Shown here: one piece after another, positions 63,880 to 64,000 of the stretch | How positions within the stretch are numbered: position 1 is the first letter of the stretch | How the letters are laid out: each line of letters begins with the position of its first letter | Origin: Cirrosporium novae-zelandiae | Lineage: Eukaryota | Assembly (NCBI GenBank): GCA_026023565.1 | Contig: JAPETS010000054.1 | Coordinates: forward strand, 1-64,000 | Direction: 5' to 3' | DNA: 64,000 bases | Translations under genes and position numbers: made by a program | Notes under the pieces: model-generated | Told to the model about the DNA's origin: nothing | The model's input: only the letters and a program-made list of their open reading frames with translations | Database searches by the model: none

Positions 63880-64000
63880 ATGTCTTCACACCCAGCAAAG
63901 ATTGATGTCCATCATCACTTCGTTCCGGACTTTTATAGAAGCCGTAAGCCAATCGCTATCAATACTATATCTAAACGTACATGATAATGTTTTCAAATCA
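63880..64000 (+). CDS. Amidohydrolase-2 family (decarboxylase-like) gene; first exon only, runs off the window
   Basis: MSSHPAKIDVHHHFVPDFYRS followed by a GTAAGC donor; IDxHxH metal-binding motif. Confidence 0.75.

Noticed and set aside
55700..64000. Secondary-metabolite biosynthetic cluster (dioxygenase, DHA2 pump, DUF1275, amidohydrolase)
   Set aside because: No PKS, NRPS, terpene synthase or pathway transcription factor in the window; a core gene beyond the right edge cannot be excluded.

Overview
Intron-rich nuclear DNA of a filamentous ascomycete (Pezizomycotina), judged from GT-AG introns with CTRAY branch sites, a dispersed 5S rRNA gene and the gene families present. All family assignments come from motif recognition in the translations, not from database searches. 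I can support about 22 protein-coding genes. Housekeeping genes are a mitochondrial AcpS-type PPTase, AIM41, NUP170, FOL1 (HPPK-DHPS), GLO3 and TIM21. The others include three MFS transporters, a RidA-family deaminase, an AhpD-like protein, an aldehyde reductase, a nitronate monooxygenase, a GPI cell-wall protein, a hydantoinase-DUF917 fusion, a 2OG-Fe(II) dioxygenase, a DUF1275 protein and a partial amidohydrolase. There are three pseudogenes (TPR-CHAT, HET, S10 carboxypeptidase) and many microsatellites. No intact transposon, CRISPR or tRNA was seen. Best leads: (1) a divergent SUMO-like gene that may be a second paralog; (2) a head-to-head hydantoinase-DUF917 / 2OG-dioxygenase pair whose shared promoter has overlapping sulfur-regulon-like sites and GATA sites, a candidate thiohydantoin-type S/N scavenging module; (3) islands where base composition flips from C-rich to G-rich over a few hundred bp, reshaping codon usage and inserting Gly/Glu tracts into enzymes; (4) a recurrent intergenic TACCTAGGTA palindrome; (5) decayed genes with RIP-like nonsense codons.
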